Assembly: GCF_000016745.1 (NCBI RefSeq)
Contig: NC_009483.1
Span: 3,510,001-3,542,000, forward strand
Direction of reading: 5' to 3'
DNA: 32,000 bases
Origin: Geotalea uraniireducens Rf4
GTDB lineage: Bacteria > Desulfobacterota > Desulfuromonadia > Geobacterales > Geobacteraceae
Part shown: piece by piece, positions 31,917 to 32,000 of the stretch
How positions within the stretch are numbered: position 1 is the stretch's first letter
Layout of the letters: every line of letters begins with the position of its first letter
The notes under the pieces: model-generated
What the model saw: only the letters and a program-made list of their open reading frames with translations
Told to the model about the DNA's origin: nothing
Databases searched by the model: none
Made by a program: the position numbers and the translations under genes

Positions 31917-32000
31917 GAAAATACGAAAGGGGCATGCTGCCCGTCACACTTGACCGGACAACATGCCCCTTCGAAAACTGCCTTTTGCTTTTTTTCAATC
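31917..32000. repeat. Copy B of the 84-bp direct repeat (cut by the window end)
   Basis: Same sequence as 30550-30633 with 4 substitutions, period 1367 bp. The window ends at the last aligned base, so the true repeat length is unknown. Confidence 0.9.

Overview
High-GC (~60%) bacterial chromosome segment. Gene content and the GC-rich palindromic intergenic repeats suggest a Geobacter/Desulfuromonadales-like deltaproteobacterium (inference only). Almost all genes are on the minus strand. Left to right: (i) The first 2075 codons of a giant Ig-domain surface protein that runs off the left edge (1-6225); it is missing from the ORF track because it has no stop in the window. (ii) A 301-bp AT-rich upstream module with three TGT-(A/T)11-ACA palindromes, which recurs without gaps at 17688-17988 in front of a second exported-protein locus. 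(iii) An S41 peptidase lipoprotein, a PAS histidine kinase and a retropepsin-like protease. (iv) An intact IS3-family element abutting a truncated second IS3-family element, with no target duplication. (v) A 191-bp tandem array (4.9 copies) that ends inside the 3' end of a GxxExxY/PD-(D/E)XK-like gene. (vi) Lipoprotein, outer-membrane beta-barrel and small hypothetical genes. (vii) A ten-gene minus-strand short-chain acyl-CoA beta-oxidation operon: thiolase, 3-hydroxyacyl-CoA dehydrogenase, crotonase, two acyl-CoA dehydrogenases, EtfAB, a membrane Fe-S oxidoreductase and CoA-transferase A/B. Nearly all of its intergenic gaps hold REP-like palindromic elements or mini-satellites. (viii) A ~1.4-kb low-GC islet flanked by 84-bp direct repeats, encoding a wHTH / GHKL-ATPase / STAS(DUF4325-like) fusion protein. 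No rRNA, tRNA or CRISPR array was recognised. All family assignments come from motifs read by eye in the supplied translations; no database search was run.
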